Source: Pelomyxa schiedti (Eukaryota; Protista; Evosea). Taken from it: a stretch of 64,000 bases of DNA. Of the stretch, positions 61,159-64,000 are shown piece after piece. Below the pieces are notes generated by a model. The model ran no database searches and was not told the origin of the DNA. It saw only the letters and a program-made list of their open reading frames with translations. The translations under genes were made by a program, and so were the position numbers. The stretch is taken from assembly GCA_020536535.1 (NCBI GenBank), contig JAHLWZ010000676.1:1-64000 (forward strand), in the 5' to 3' direction. Numbering within the stretch: position 1 is the stretch's first letter; the number at the start of each line of letters is the position of its first letter.

Positions 61159-64000
61159 TTAAGGGTCGTCTTTGGCTGCAGTGGTTTCTGTTTCCACAGG
61201 AAGCACAAGGGCATTGGCATCCAATACAAGAGGGGAGGTGGATGAGGCTGGTAGTCTAGGTACGTGCTCTAGAACTCGCCCTTCCACTGGCTCTGTGAGG
61301 AGGTCATCGGTTCTAAAGCTGTGCACAAGGTGACCCAACTGTACTGGGTTCAGTGCCCAAAACGCAGTCTTGACACTTGATGAGTCCATCAAGACCGCTT
61401 TGTCCATGACAAGTAAGTTGCTGGCTTGCTTGATATGTTCTAGGTGGGGCCTACATGGTTTTGTATGAGTGATTTTGTGGAAGATCGAGGAGTAACATCA
61501 CCTTGCTGCAGATAGTGTGCCGTTTCGGAGAAGGAATTCATCTATTTGAGATAAGCCCAGTCTTATCTGTACTCCTTTTCCACAAGTACCTGGAAAAGTA
61601 TAAGAACGTTGATGCAATTTGTTTCTTACAAAGCTCAGGTTGTGATACAAGCTTATTGAATAGTTGTGCATTCAGCCAGAAGCAGATCTGGGCAAAGAAA
61701 TGAAGACAGACAGATGGAGGGATGTTATTCTCCACCATTTTTTCGTAAATATCCGACATCACATGGATAAGAGAACTTAATGTACTCTTCCTTTTTATAA
61801 GTGAGACGGAGGAAAAGTTCTCGAAATCCTACCTTGTGGCACTTGCAGACGTTGGTGTAGCTGTTACATGGACTGCAGGTCGAGAGTAATGTTGCTCTTG
61901 TTGTTCAAAGAAAGACGAGAAGAGTCGTCCTTCGAGTTCCTAAGGAAAGGTTGACAAAAACCCACGCTCCAAGAATACCTTTTCTGTTCGTTTGACCAAC
62001 AGAGTGAATATATCAAATAACGAGGACCGCATCTGAAACATAAACTGCGGAAATAGGCCAGACGATGCTGGCTCTGGTTTAGTAATATATTTCCCCGGTT
62101 CTGAACTATGGGAGTGTTGGTGAGAGCACTTAGAACAAAAGAGAACCTGCTCTCTGGTATGAGATCCTTAAGGATGTTGACAAGACTCCAAGCAATGGAG
62201 AGCATATGAGTACCCATTTGGGGGCTCCCCAGATGCGTCTGGAGGAAGGTTAGGAAAAGAGTATAATAAGACTAGGTTTAACGCACTTTAGTTGCTGCTC
62301 GAAGTTCTTCCGGAAGCTTGTAGAACAACATTGAATCAGGAACTGTGAAGCAGTTCCACTGTTTAAGTTTTCCAACTATAACTTGTGCAGACTGAGGTAC
62401 GCCATGAGCATCAAACTGAGGGGAATCAACATGATAAAGTGCAGATACAAGGACTTCAGTTATTTCAAGTTTATGTGTGGCTTGCTCTGCTTGACACTAA
62501 AAAAAAGAGAATAAAAAAAATATTTAAAATATCTTGGGAGGGATACCGTTATATTTCTCTCCATTTCCTCTCTTTCATGCTTTAAATTCCTTATTTGTTC
62601 CTCGTATTCTCTCTTTGCCTTCTGTAAAGCCTTTTGGGCAGCCATTTTTTCATCCTTCTCCTTCTTGAACTCTTGTTTGGCCGCATTTGCTTTTTGTTTC
62701 ACTGAGTCCAACTCAGAGTCCGTTTGTGTGTGGGAATGGAGTTGTGCCTCCATTTCTTGCTTTGCAACAGAAAGCAGCTCATTTTCGTGTTGAAGGGTTG
62801 CAACAACCCCCTTTAACTCTTCCACAGTTTGTTCCAACTGGGCGGAATGTGTGTTTGCATCATTGTGGATGCGTTCTATTTCCAGTTTTTGAGCTGTTTG
62901 AGTGTAGTCGAGGGTTTGTTTGAGTTCTGTTATTGTCTTTCTGGATGCTGCAAGTTGCTCACGCAGTTCACTAGCACTACTTTTCTTATCCTGGGAGCAA
63001 TTAGACAAAAGATAAAAAAAATGAAACACAAGAGATCACTAAGAAGCAACATTCATAAATTGTCGGGTTGTTACTTGTTTTTGTTGTTCCAGAGCAGACA
63101 ACTTATCAACTTCCCTCTTGATCTTTTTTTTAATTATCCCAATTTTAAAGGAACGAACAAACTTGTGTGGCAGCATCTAGTTTTTTGGAAAGATTTTCAG
63201 CAAGGGAATTCGCCTGAGCTAATTCATCTTTTAATGTTGCCACCTGGCTTTTCGTCAGAGAGTTCAGTTAACTTATTTACACACTTGGGTATTGTGAAGA
63301 AGAAGGTCAGATTTAGAAGAATTAAGTTCTTCTCTTAGCTTGGTCAACTGAAGTTCCCGTTTTCTCAGTTCGGCAGTTGCTAAAGAAGCTTCGTCTCTAG
63401 CCTTGTCCAAATCTTCCTTGAGTTTGGCTGAATTTTGTTCACTCTTTTTTAGTTCAACTTGAAAGGCAGCGAGTTCAGCAGTTGCAGTAGATGTTGAATG
63501 ATGTGAACTTGAATGAAGGTCAGAGAGCTCTTTCTGCAACTGTTTTATTTCATCCTTGAGAGCCTTTTCTTACTTATGTTTAGGGTCAACATGTCATTAA
63601 AATTAGTTGTACAGGAACGAACCATTTAGTTCGTGGCTTGTCTTTGTCTCCGTTAGCTGATTCTGTAGCTCCTCCACCTGTTGTGAAAAAACAGAAGTTG
63701 CATTTGCGTCACCCATTTTTTGTTGCAGTTGCACTAATAAAGAATCACGCTGCCTCTCACATGCCTCAAGAGAACGATTTGCTTGATCAAGCTTATTCGT
63801 AGCCTCATCCAAATCGCGGCGGAGTTGTTCTGCTTCTCTGTGTGCTACAGTAGCATCATGTTGCGTAGCAGCAAGTTTAGTAGACAGCTCCTCTAAAGAT
63901 TGAGTCTGGCAATTTTAGACTGAAAGCACTACATGGAAAACACATACAGCTTTTTCTTGCTGCACTTTTAATTCGCCCTTCAGTTTGGTGCATTTCTCAT
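61159..64000 (-). CDS. Long coiled-coil protein with C-terminal DIL (dilute) domain, myosin-V-like tail; 5' part outside the window
   Basis: Heptad-rich exons at 62.5-64 kb; HFFAQICFWLNAQLFNKLV, HLEHIKQASNLLVMDK, WALNPVQLGHLVHSF. Confidence 0.8.

Overview
Gene-dense eukaryotic (protist) genomic DNA with many very short (mostly 40-70 bp) GT-AG introns and short intergenic spacers, so the ORF track shows exon fragments. Gene models below were joined by eye. Gene style and content suggest an amoebozoan, possibly an archamoeba such as Pelomyxa; this is inference only. About 21 protein genes, one RNase P RNA gene, a 100-N gap, and a ~98% identical 0.6-kb duplication between the window start and 55.2-55.8 kb. 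Housekeeping-type genes: GH20 beta-hexosaminidase, RasGAP, SEL1 and ankyrin proteins, RBBP6/Mpe1, BEACH-WD40, MYND-RhoGAP, acid lipase, TM2 protein and a DIL-domain tail. Most notable: (1) a six-exon gene at 30.7-32.3 kb that splices into a 4-TM protein with a bacterial-type STING cyclic-dinucleotide-binding domain; (2) an intron-containing prokaryotic-type SPL-like radical SAM gene head-to-head with a Ubl-Ubl-kinase-UBA-kinase gene with PINK1-like kinases; (3) a large lectin/FN3/EGF single-pass receptor with a cytoplasmic RasGAP domain; (4) unusual fusions: tandem PCMTD-RING, MBD-ELM2 and Rab-VIT-vWA.
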